The translations under genes and the position numbers were made by a program. Below the pieces are notes generated by a model, which was not told the DNA's origin, made no database searches, and saw only the letters and a list, made by a program, of their open reading frames with translations. Below, one piece after another: positions 1-8,247 of a stretch of 64,000 nt of DNA (position 1 is its first letter; each line of letters starts with the position of its first letter). Source of the stretch: an uncultured Bdellovibrionales bacterium (lineage in GTDB: Bacteria > Patescibacteriota > Minisyncoccia > Moranbacterales > UBA2206); assembly GCA_964538685.1 (NCBI GenBank), contig CAZIFD010000002.1, positions 13,255 to 77,254 of the forward strand. The letters are read 5' to 3'.

Positions 1-595
1 TTGGGAAAATAATCCGATCCCTAAAACGATCATAGAAATCACTATTGTCTTTTTTTACCAAAAGCCCGGTTTTTTCTATTTCCTCTTTTTTGTAGTTCCT
101 TTTTTGGAGAAAATCAAAAATATTTCTCCAGCCTTGAGGCGCATAGCCTAAACGAAAATTCCTAATTGATTCTTCACTAAAACCCCGATTTTTAAGGTAG
201 TCTAAAATTTTAGTTTTGCCCGATCCCTTCCAAAGTTGAACTTCATAAAATTTGGTAGCCAGCTCCAAAATTTCCAAAGTCCGGTTTTCTTTTTCTTTTT
301 TTTCCGGATTATACGAAGAAAGTTGTACGCCGGCTTTTTCGGCCAGAAGCTTCAAGACTTCCCGAAACTCCAATCCCTCAATTTCCATTACAAAAGAAAA
401 CATATCTCCACCTTTTTGACAACCGAAACAATGCCACATCTGCTTTTCTTCACTGATCATAAAAGACGGACTTTTTTCATTATGAAAAGGACAAAGCGCT
501 CGGTAATTGTTGCCGGCCTTTTCCAGACGCAAATACTCCCCAATTACATCCACGATATTGAGGCGACTTTTTATTTCAGCAATATCATTGTTCAT
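1..595 (-). CDS. dnaG: DNA primase DnaG, N-terminal part (CHC2 zinc-finger domain and start of the next domain); ORF runs off the left edge of the window
   Basis: Reverse-strand translation from the ATG at 595: MNNDIAEIKSRLNIVDVIGEYLRLEKAGNNYRALCPFHNEKSPSFMISEEKQMWHCFGCQKGGDMFSFVM... This is the classic primase zinc-binding motif (CPFHxEKxPSF...CFGCxxGGD). It is absent from the supplied ORF track because it has no stop inside the window. The track ORF 236..664 (+) lies antisense to it. Confidence 0.85.
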   Translation of the reverse strand, partial: MNNDIAEIKSRLNIVDVIGEYLRLEKAGNNYRALCPFHNEKSPSFMISEEKQMWHCFGCQKGGDMFSFVMEIEGLEFREVLKLLAEKAGVQLSSYNPEKKEKENRTLEILELATKFYEVQLWKGSGKTKILDYLKNRGFSEESIRNFRLGYAPQGWRNIFDFLQKRNYKKEEIEKTGLLVKKDNSDFYDRFRDRIIFP

Positions 596-794
596 CTGAT
601 GGATAGAAAACTTAGTGTTTCCACTATATTATACGGCGGAAATAAAGGCAAATTGAAGAAATAAAGCTGTGCGCTTTAGCGTTTTGTGGAAAAAGTGATG
701 TGAGTGCGTAAACTTGATAAATTTTCATAAAAATGCAATACTTATTCATACAATATTGCCTAAACTTGCCAACAGCAAGCATGGCTCAAATAAT

Positions 795-950
795 CCTAGC
801 TAACAAAAACGGCCTCATGGTCGGCGCTTGTTAGCTAGGTCGGTTTTCTGAAAAGAAATCCGGGCATATTCGAAAGAATATGTCGCCTGATCCGTGAGGC
901 TTTTTTTGTTCTTTAAAAATTTAGATTAATAATTAAACCTAGCTAACAAC
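795..950 (+). promoter_or_regulatory. Structured leader upstream of ORF 951: a 12-bp-stem hairpin (795-806 / 828-839) whose arm sequence recurs at 938-949 abutting the start codon, a palindrome at 865-882, and a hairpin + T-run at 884-908
   Basis: Read directly: 'cctagctaacaa' at 795-806, its reverse complement 'ttgttagctagg' at 828-839, and 'cctagctaacaac' at 938-950 immediately before ATG 951. Also 'catattc gaaa gaatatg' at 865-882 and 'gcctgatccgtgaggc' followed by 'ttttttt' at 884-908. Confidence 0.4.
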
Positions 951-2048
951 ATGAAAAAAAATAAAAAGGAACTTCTATTTCATATAGATTCTCCAAAAGA
1001 ATTCAATGAGAAAGAAAATTTAATCAATACAAATGATAATATCCTCGCCATAACTGGATGGATTTTGATTAAAGAAGAACCAGCCAAAGTAAAGGTTAAA
1101 AACATAACAACCGGAGAAAAATATGAATCAAGAATAAAAATTGAAAGAGATGATGTAGCCAAAGCTTTTCCAAAAATACCCGAAGCAAAAAATTCCGGAT
1201 TTTTCGTAAGCATACCACTGAGAAACAAAAATGAAAAAATATCTCTGTATTGTGAGATTGATAATGAAGAAATTGTTCTTGGAGAAATTAAAACAAATTT
1301 TATTCCCAAAAACTACCTTCCCGAATTTAAAAATATCAAAAAGGGAATAAGAAAAGGAAGAAATATCTATGAGGGTTATCAAAGAGGATGGGGTTTGCAA
1401 CATGGCGATCTAATTAAAGAGATTGAAAATGACAATCTTTATAGAGAGGCTATTGAACTGTCCCGATCCAGAACAATTGTAAGAGAAGAACATCTTATGA
1501 ATATTTTCCTGATAATGAAATTTGGCCTTCCGAAAATTTCTCAGGGAGATATTATAGAATTTGGATCATATACTGGAGGAAGTGCTATTTTTATGGCTCA
1601 ACTTACCAAAAGATTACATCCAAATATTAAAGTTTATGCCCTTGATACATTTACTGGAATGCCAGAAACAGATAAATCAATAGATGCTCACAACCAAGCT
1701 GATTTCAATAATGTGAATTTACAAGAACTTAGAAACTACGCCAAAGAAATAGGATTGGATAATTTGGAATTTCATCAAGGAATGTTTGAAGATACGGCTA
1801 TTTCTATTTTGAAAAAAGCCAAAAACATTTCTTTGTCTCACATAGATTGCGATATTTATTCAGCAGTAGCTTTCTCTTATGAGGCAGTCAAAAATTATAT
1901 GGTGCCGGGAGGCTATGTAGTTTTTGATGACGCTTGCATTTCGTCTTGCATAGGAGCTACTGAGGCAGTGGAAGAATACCTTATTAAAAAAGATCAACTA
2001 CATTCAGAACAAATATATCCCCACTTTGTATTTAGAATGGGATTGTAA
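951..2048 (+). CDS. Two-domain protein: unknown N-terminal domain (~170 aa) + C-terminal TylF/MycF-like class I SAM-dependent O-methyltransferase
   Basis: C-terminal half shows macrocin-O-methyltransferase family motifs: IEFGSYTGGSAIFMA (compare E-GV-RGGS), ALDTFTGMPE (compare D-F-G-P), HIDCDIYSAV...GGYVVFDD. A strong hairpin terminator follows. Confidence 0.6.
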   Translation: MKKNKKELLFHIDSPKEFNEKENLINTNDNILAITGWILIKEEPAKVKVKNITTGEKYESRIKIERDDVAKAFPKIPEAKNSGFFVSIPLRNKNEKISLYCEIDNEEIVLGEIKTNFIPKNYLPEFKNIKKGIRKGRNIYEGYQRGWGLQHGDLIKEIENDNLYREAIELSRSRTIVREEHLMNIFLIMKFGLPKISQGDIIEFGSYTGGSAIFMAQLTKRLHPNIKVYALDTFTGMPETDKSIDAHNQADFNNVNLQELRNYAKEIGLDNLEFHQGMFEDTAISILKKAKNISLSHIDCDIYSAVAFSYEAVKNYMVPGGYVVFDDACISSCIGATEAVEEYLIKKDQLHSEQIYPHFVFRMGL

Positions 2049-2066
2049 ATAAATGTTTCAAACACT

Positions 2067-2090
2067 AAAAACCGCCAAGAGGCGGTTTTT
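2067..2090 (+). terminator. Rho-independent terminator after ORF 951..2048
   Basis: 'aaaaaccgccaagaggcggttttt': 7-bp GC-rich stem with a T-run. Confidence 0.7.
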
Positions 2091-2096
2091 AGTTGG

Positions 2097-2199
2097 CGGG
2101 CAATGTCGGTCTAGAACTTGTAATCATAAAAAAGTTTAAGGGTTTTCTAGGGATATGGCAAGAATAGAAATTTAAAAAGGTCGGGTCGCAAATTTTGAA
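2097..2199. repeat. Left copy of a ~100-bp imperfect direct repeat flanking the DUF3800/HD cassette
   Basis: 'gcgggcaatgtcggtctagaact' at 2097-2119 is identical to 3679-3701. 'ggtcgcaa(a)ttttgaa' at 2184-2199 matches 3766-3780, at the same spacing. Confidence 0.6.
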
Positions 2200-2394
2200 T
2201 GAAAATTAAGTGAAGTCTTTTAATAAATTTACTACTACCAATCTAATCATGAAATTCACCTCAAATAAAAGAAAATTCTGAAGTTATCCACAGATACTTG
2301 AAATAACTTAACAAATATACTACTATTGTCATAGAAGTAATTCCTCCTGTGTTGAAATACCGTAAGGCGTTTCGTTAAAGCAGGGGGTTTTCTT

Positions 2395-3024
2395 TTATCT
2401 GAAAAGCAGGCTTTCTTCGATAATTTTGTCTTTTATTTCTTCATAATACCCATAGTCATTTCTTTCATATTTTCTAAAAATTGCCCAACTGACAAAATCC
2501 ACTGCCTGCAGACATTTTTCCGTATGAGATGCTTTAATTTTTATTTCAATTCTCCCATTATTCCCTCTTTTCACCAGATTGTCCTTCAAATATTTTTCAA
2601 AGTTCTCCCTGATAAATTTATTCGTATCTTTTTTGTCTATATAAAGACTGATTGGCTCATCAATCCTGATAAGTCTCCTGTTATGCAACCGATCTAATAA
2701 TATGTTAGCAGTATAGTTGTATAGATAGTTTTTCTGACTTTGCAGATCTACATAAACTTTCTTTTTGTTTAAAACAACGCAGAGTACCTTCAAATCATCT
2801 AGTTCGCACAATTTCCTCAGCATCCTATGTTTTGTGATCGCATCAGAATGATAGGCATGCAACTCTCTTAGCTTGTATTTCTTCTTTAGCCCTCTCCTAA
2901 TATTTTTGATAACCTTTTCAATTTTCTTGTGATCGTTAGTCAAGACAATCGTAAAAAGAAACCATTTACTTGAAGTTTCTTTAAAACCAAGATCTCCGCT
3001 CTCGTCTAAAAATATATGCGCCAT
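2395..3024 (-). CDS. DUF3800-family protein
   Basis: N-terminus MAHIFLDESGDLG matches the hallmark DUF3800 start (hIDESG). Size 209 aa. Spacing and orientation suggest co-transcription with the HD gene upstream. Confidence 0.55.
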   Translation of the reverse strand: MAHIFLDESGDLGFKETSSKWFLFTIVLTNDHKKIEKVIKNIRRGLKKKYKLRELHAYHSDAITKHRMLRKLCELDDLKVLCVVLNKKKVYVDLQSQKNYLYNYTANILLDRLHNRRLIRIDEPISLYIDKKDTNKFIRENFEKYLKDNLVKRGNNGRIEIKIKASHTEKCLQAVDFVSWAIFRKYERNDYGYYEEIKDKIIEESLLFR

Positions 3025-3033
3025 TTTTATTTA

Positions 3034-3582
3034 CTATTTCTTTATAAACTTTTCAACCCACCTATTAAATATTTTCACCTTATCGTCACCAAACTTTAAC
3101 GCTTCAGCCCTGATCATTTCAGGACTTTTTTCTTTAGATAAAAATTCTTCGTTTTTTGTAAAGAATTTATCTGCAAAACAAACTATTTTTTCCTCTACGG
3201 AAATTGGGATCATATCCCTTTTGGGGATGGGTAACTTTTGTTTTTCAATATCTTTTATCGAAATTCCTACTCCCATATGTCTTTCACAAACTAATGCATG
3301 CTTTGGGAAACCCTCTTTTTCCAAAATTTCTCTACCCAAATATCCATGACAAATGTAAGGTTCTTTTCCGAAGCATCCAATTTCCGGAGTATTAGTCAAA
3401 AAGATCCCAATATCATGAAGCATGGCAGATTCCTCAATAAATTTTAAATCAGGATTAAGATGAGAAACATTTTTTCCAATTTCAACAGCTTTTTTAGCAA
3501 CCGCCTCACTATGTTTTACTAAAAATTTATAAGCTTTAGAATCTACCTGGTAATATTTTTGGATTATCTTTAATGGATCCAT
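3034..3582 (-). CDS. HD-domain phosphohydrolase
   Basis: HD motif ...AMLHDIGIFL..., plus downstream His/Asp residues (HGYLGREIL, CFADKF). 182 aa. Confidence 0.7.
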   Translation of the reverse strand: MDPLKIIQKYYQVDSKAYKFLVKHSEAVAKKAVEIGKNVSHLNPDLKFIEESAMLHDIGIFLTNTPEIGCFGKEPYICHGYLGREILEKEGFPKHALVCERHMGVGISIKDIEKQKLPIPKRDMIPISVEEKIVCFADKFFTKNEEFLSKEKSPEMIRAEALKFGDDKVKIFNRWVEKFIKK

Positions 3583-3678
3583 ATATTTCTATTTTAGCAT
3601 AAAACCACATTTCGGTGGCTTTGGAGATTTACCCATTTTTCGAAGTGATTAGGTCACCTTCGATACTATGAGCTTGAT

Positions 3679-3780
3679 GCGGGCAATGTCGGTCTAGAAC
3701 TTTCAGATATCAAGTATTATAAGGATTTTTTGAGATTCGTCTATACGCAGAATTTAAGGCTCCTCGGTCGCAATTTTGAA
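3679..3780. repeat. Right copy of the direct repeat flanking the DUF3800/HD cassette
   Basis: See 2097..2199. A 23-bp identical core plus a second conserved block about 85 bp downstream. Confidence 0.6.
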
Positions 3781-3916
3781 GGGCAAATGAGACACCAGAC
3801 AGCCCTTGTCTTATTTTGGAGAAATAAGACGGTAACCTGTTTCATTTAGACATTGCTACTTATCTATAAACTTTGGTAGAATATAATAGGAAATAAGCAA
3901 TTTAATCAAGTTAAAC

Positions 3917-4546
3917 ATGATATATATAAAAGAAGATTCCATTGTAGATGCTTGGAAAAAAAGCATTAAGGAGCTTTATTTAAAAGGCATAGAATCACAA
4001 AAAGGAGAATTTTATAGATTTTCACATGCTATTATTGAAATCTCAAACACAACATCTAAAGATACATATGATGAAAATTTTCCAATGTCTAAAGAAAGTA
4101 TTGATATCATTAACAATTATCTCTTAACAGGAGAAAATGAAGACAAGGTGATTCATGATTGGACAAAAATTTATAGAAACAGGCTATTTGCAAAAAAATA
4201 TAATCAAATAAAACAAATCATCGAATATCTTAGAAAAAAACCCACTGGAAAACGCGCACAAGCTTCAATTTGGAATCAAGAAGTAGATTTGTACGGAAAA
4301 ATCAGCCCATGCCTTCAATTATTGTGGTTTCAAATAATCAATGGAAAACTTGAAATGCATACCCATATGCGAGCAACGGATTGCTATGGAAAACTTCTTA
4401 TGAATATTAACGAATTTATTACATTGCAAAATTTTATTGCTAAAAAATTAGAATTAAAAAGTGGACTCTATGTTCAATTTATTGACTCACTTCATTTTAA
4501 TTCAAACGATAAAGAGCTAATAGATAATCTCCTAGAAAAAATTTAA
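3917..4546 (+). CDS. Compact thymidylate synthase-like / dNMP hydroxymethylase-like enzyme (209 aa)
   Basis: Alignable by eye to the ThyA core: RAQASIWN (ThyA RRIIVSAWN), ISPCLQLLWFQ (ThyA APCHAFFQF, catalytic Cys), NGKLEMH (DGKLSCQ), RATDCYGKLLMNINEFITLQ (RSCDVFLGLPFNIASYALL), DSLHFNSND (DTHLYSNH). It lacks the N-terminal segments of full-length ThyA. Confidence 0.65.
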   Translation: MIYIKEDSIVDAWKKSIKELYLKGIESQKGEFYRFSHAIIEISNTTSKDTYDENFPMSKESIDIINNYLLTGENEDKVIHDWTKIYRNRLFAKKYNQIKQIIEYLRKKPTGKRAQASIWNQEVDLYGKISPCLQLLWFQIINGKLEMHTHMRATDCYGKLLMNINEFITLQNFIAKKLELKSGLYVQFIDSLHFNSNDKELIDNLLEKI

Positions 4547-4634
4547 AGCCCATGCACAGTTTGTGCTACATGAGCTTTTGTTGGTTATTTTGGTTGTTTT
4601 CAATAAGCTTTCACATCCCCACAATTGGGAAATA

Positions 4635-5192
4635 TTAGAGGCTGTTCAGGTAGTGCTCGTAGATGACTTCGGCAAGTTCCTGATCGCTGCCCTCATGCGT
4701 CGTTACGCACAAGCTGAAATATCCATCGTAGAAGCCCTGATGAAATGCTTGTAGCTCATCTCTGGCTTCAGTAATTCTAGATCCATCCTTATCGCGATTG
4801 TCTTTTGCCAATCTTTTTTCCAATTCCTCGAGAGAGGGTGGAAGTAGATAGACTACACACAATCGGCCTGCAAACGCTTTGGTCATTATGCCTAACCGAT
4901 TCACTGGCCAATCCAAGACTGGAAAGCGTAATTCGTTTAGGGCTGTGGTAATGGGGACGATCGGAGTTGCGTATCGTATGCCATACTTCTCGTTTACCGT
5001 GAGAAATTCTCCGCGTTTAATCATCTCGTTCATGGCGTCATCAGAGATGCAGATTTTGTCTGTTTCACCATCTCTGAGCGTTCTTGTCATATACGGAGAA
5101 ATGTACACAAAGCGCTTATCTAGTTTACAAAGTTGCACTATGATAGTGCTTTTTCCGACGCCTGAAGCACCCAGCATATGTGCTTGCCCCAC
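4635..5192 (-). CDS. Guanylate kinase-like nucleoside-monophosphate kinase
   Basis: Walker A GASGVGKST; SPYMTRTLRDGE resembles Gmk S-TTR-PR-GE; LLPPSLEELEKRL resembles Gmk ILPPS-ELDRRL. The local GC is visibly higher than in flanking DNA. Confidence 0.7.
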   Translation of the reverse strand: MGQAHMLGASGVGKSTIIVQLCKLDKRFVYISPYMTRTLRDGETDKICISDDAMNEMIKRGEFLTVNEKYGIRYATPIVPITTALNELRFPVLDWPVNRLGIMTKAFAGRLCVVYLLPPSLEELEKRLAKDNRDKDGSRITEARDELQAFHQGFYDGYFSLCVTTHEGSDQELAEVIYEHYLNSL

Positions 5193-5241
5193 CCTCTCAG
5201 TGCGCGCACAAAAGTCCGCCCACTATGCGGACGGCTCCCAT

Positions 5242-7461
5242 TTAATTCTGAGTCGCAGTATTAGAAAACTGTTCTTCAAGTATTTGATAATGTTCGGGAA
5301 ACACAGTTTTCATCATCTCAAGCAAATACTTAATATTTTTTTGTGCCTCTGGCGCTAACGAAGGATCAAAACCATCACCAGTGATATGTGATTGATCGTT
5401 GGTAAACTTATAGATCGCAGTTTTTTTATCCTCGTCAAAAACAAGTTTTTCCATTTTCTTGTACGGATTTTCTCCATTCGGTACTCTAAACATTAAAAAT
5501 GTATCAAGGACTTTTCTGGCAACATTCGGTATATGGTAAACAGAGGCAATGCTCCCATCAGTTTCAAATGTATATAAAACCTTAAACAAGTAGTGGTACT
5601 CACTCTCATGGTCTCTCAATTCTTTATCGAGTTCTGAAATAAACGCTGTTCTTCTATCGGTTGTAGAATACTGATTTTTAATCATGTAATACTTATGACC
5701 GCTAGTTCTATTTAGCCAATTCAAGATAAGTTTCAGAAAATTGAAGTTGTGTGTAAAAATGAAAACTTGTTTTGCATCTTTTACCGCATTCTTTAGAAAG
5801 GCAAAGGCTTGAAAAAGTGAATTTGAATCAAGACTTGAGATAGGATCGTCTACAACTATTATGCCATTCGCTACATCAAAATTTTGGTCTTTCAAATGCA
5901 CAACAAAATACACAAATGCAATAGCTGTTTTCTCACCTTCGCTTAAATTCTTTGCAATCACGCCACTACGCTTGACAACATAACCACCCTCAGGAGTTAC
6001 TTCGAAAGTAATCTCATTTCTACCTAAAAATGTTTGTAGTCGTTTATTAAGTGTATCGCATGCTTTATGTTCAGACGAAATCTTGTTTTTGTTTTCAGTT
6101 ATTTTTTTCTTTAAGGCTACAATTCCAACAAAAGCTGACGGTTCATCACCATTTTGAAGTTTTGAAATTTCTTTTTCACACTCTTTAATTTCCGAATCAA
6201 AGGTTTTTACTTCATCAAAAATTTCACTCAAATGGTGTGCTTTCAATAATTCAACGGCTCTGTCTTTCTCTGTTTGGAAATTATCACTCTTTTGATTATG
6301 TTGCTCTATGGTCTCATTTACAGAATCAACGGAAGATTGAAAATTGTTGCTCAATGATCTTGAAAAAGTCACTTCCTCTGTAGTCTTTTGTTTTTTGGAA
6401 TTCAAAATTTCAACCATAGCCGACAATTCGGCGCAGTAGTTATCTTTTTCTTGATTGTAAGTTATAGATCGTGATGTAAACGATGTCTGTAAATCGGTAT
6501 AGAATTGAGCTTTGTTTGGCAATTGAATTGCTTTAATCGTCTGAATAGACTGCTGGAGATTAGTGATTTTCGTGTCTATTTTCTCTTTTAACTTTTTATC
6601 TGCTTCATTGAAATGACCAAGCAATGCTTCAATTCTACCTTTCGGCAAATCTGAACCACAGAATTCGCATTGCTCACTCTCTTTTGTGTGTAAAGTTAGT
6701 CCATGTTCAACCCACGCTGAAATCTCTTGACTCTCGGCAAGTCTACTAATGACATTTATTTCAACGGTTTCTTTGCAAATACCTATAACTTCATCATAGA
6801 CACCAGACAAATCTAGGTCTGAAGTAAGATTGATTTTTGTTATTTTATCTTTCTGCTCCTGTTTAATGACTGCCTGTTGTTTAGCAACCTCATCGGCACT
6901 TAAAATTTTCTTTTCTGTGATAGATTCAAAATCTTTTTCAGCGTCTGGTTTTCTATAATTTCTTGTAGATGATCCAACGAGATTTGCTCCAATAACTTTT
7001 GCTACTTCGGTAAATTTGTTGGCTTTATCAGATTCTTTTCTTGTTTTCTCGGTTTCTTTGGCGCTTTTTTGAGTTTCAAGATTGGCTAAAGTTTCTTCAT
7101 CAGTTTTGATCTTATCGGCAATCTCTTTATTTTCCTCTCCGAGAATAAAAATAGGGTTTGCCTTGCCACTCACTAACTGCACATTTTTCTGTATGTAGTC
7201 CTGATTGAAAACTCGTATTTTTTGATTGAATTGAGAGTTTTCTTTTACAGTTCCACTCTCGTGTTCAATATCATATTCTAAATCGGAAAACTCTAGCGAA
7301 TTACCGTCTTCAAGACACGCAAATAATTTTGATAAGGTTGTTTTTCCTGAGCCATTCCAACCATAAAAAAGATTGTATTTATCAAAATCATTCAAATTAC
7401 TATCCCATGTGTAATCAGAGAATAATCCAAGATTTTTAATTTTTTTTAGCTTCTTTATCAT
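5242..7461 (-). CDS. RloC/AAA_13-like ABC ATPase with a coiled-coil insert and a CxxC zinc-hook-like motif (candidate anticodon-nuclease-type abortive-infection protein)
   Basis: Walker A GWNGSGKTT. Long Lys/Glu-rich coiled coil containing CEFCGSDLP. ABC signature LSEGEKTAIAF. Walker B IIVVDDPISSLD. C-terminal ~200 aa domain. It overlaps the 3' end of the upstream MTase gene by 26 bp. Confidence 0.55.
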   Translation of the reverse strand: MIKKLKKIKNLGLFSDYTWDSNLNDFDKYNLFYGWNGSGKTTLSKLFACLEDGNSLEFSDLEYDIEHESGTVKENSQFNQKIRVFNQDYIQKNVQLVSGKANPIFILGEENKEIADKIKTDEETLANLETQKSAKETEKTRKESDKANKFTEVAKVIGANLVGSSTRNYRKPDAEKDFESITEKKILSADEVAKQQAVIKQEQKDKITKINLTSDLDLSGVYDEVIGICKETVEINVISRLAESQEISAWVEHGLTLHTKESEQCEFCGSDLPKGRIEALLGHFNEADKKLKEKIDTKITNLQQSIQTIKAIQLPNKAQFYTDLQTSFTSRSITYNQEKDNYCAELSAMVEILNSKKQKTTEEVTFSRSLSNNFQSSVDSVNETIEQHNQKSDNFQTEKDRAVELLKAHHLSEIFDEVKTFDSEIKECEKEISKLQNGDEPSAFVGIVALKKKITENKNKISSEHKACDTLNKRLQTFLGRNEITFEVTPEGGYVVKRSGVIAKNLSEGEKTAIAFVYFVVHLKDQNFDVANGIIVVDDPISSLDSNSLFQAFAFLKNAVKDAKQVFIFTHNFNFLKLILNWLNRTSGHKYYMIKNQYSTTDRRTAFISELDKELRDHESEYHYLFKVLYTFETDGSIASVYHIPNVARKVLDTFLMFRVPNGENPYKKMEKLVFDEDKKTAIYKFTNDQSHITGDGFDPSLAPEAQKNIKYLLEMMKTVFPEHYQILEEQFSNTATQN

Positions 7462-8245
7462 AATTTTTTTGATCTATAAAACCCTGTATTCTATTTCTTG
7501 CAAGATCGACATATTTCTCATCTTTCTCGATACCAAGCCATTTGCGACCAAGTGCTTCCGCAACAACAGCAGTTGTTCCGCTTCCCATAAAAGGATCAAA
7601 AACAATGTCGCCTTTGTTGCTAGAGGCTAAAATCACTTGTTGTATAAGTTTAAGAGGTTTTTGTGTTGGATGTGCTTTTATTCCGTTTTCGTCTTTAAGT
7701 CTTTCATTGCCCTTACAAAGACCAAAGACCCAATCTGTATCTTTCATTTGTTTTCCTCCATTCAGTTTTTTCATAAATTCATAATTGAAAGTGTATTTTT
7801 TGCAATCTTTATTTTTTACAGACCAAATCAAAGTTTCGTGATTGTTTGTAAATCTGCGACCATTTAAATTTGGCAGGGCATCAGTTTTCACCCAAATAAC
7901 ATCATTTAAAAACCAAAGTCCGAGATTTTGCATTATTGTGCCAACACGAAAAATATTGTGATACATCCCAATAATCCAAAAAGTTCCTGTTGGCTTTAAA
8001 ATTCTTTGACATTCACTAATCCAAGCATGAGTGAAACTGTCATAATGTTCATAACTTTCAAAGCTATCCCATTCATTATTAACTGGGATAATCTCTGAGC
8101 CGTCGGCTCGTTTTAATCTCTTACCTTTTGGAAGTTGTAAATAATATGGAGGGTCTGCAAAAATTAAATCGACAGAATTATCTGGGATTTTCTTTATTTC
8201 CTCAATACAATCACCATGTATAATTTTGCCAAAATATTTTTCCAT
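7436..8245 (-). CDS. Beta-class amino-DNA methyltransferase (N6-adenine or N4-cytosine), DpnA-like in size
   Basis: Motif IV DPPY (LIFADPPYYL) precedes motif I (VFDPFMGSGTTAVVA), which is the beta-class order. 269 aa. Confidence 0.85.
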   Translation of the reverse strand: MEKYFGKIIHGDCIEEIKKIPDNSVDLIFADPPYYLQLPKGKRLKRADGSEIIPVNNEWDSFESYEHYDSFTHAWISECQRILKPTGTFWIIGMYHNIFRVGTIMQNLGLWFLNDVIWVKTDALPNLNGRRFTNNHETLIWSVKNKDCKKYTFNYEFMKKLNGGKQMKDTDWVFGLCKGNERLKDENGIKAHPTQKPLKLIQQVILASSNKGDIVFDPFMGSGTTAVVAEALGRKWLGIEKDEKYVDLARNRIQGFIDQKNYDKEAKKN

Positions 8246-8247
8246 AA

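Noticed and set aside
236-664. 142-aa plus-strand ORF from the ORF track
   Set aside because: Lies entirely antisense to the clearly recognisable dnaG N-terminus (CHC2 zinc finger) on the minus strand. Its sequence is low-complexity and Phe-rich. Judged spurious.
980-1403. Two minus-strand ORFs (109 and 91 aa) inside ORF 951..2048
   Set aside because: Antisense overlaps within a well-supported plus-strand methyltransferase gene, with hydrophobic low-complexity translations typical of AT-rich antisense frames.
4563-5358. Plus-strand ORFs 4563..4754 and 4879..5358
   Set aside because: Antisense to the Gmk-like kinase gene, which has clear Walker A and Gmk motifs. No motifs of their own.
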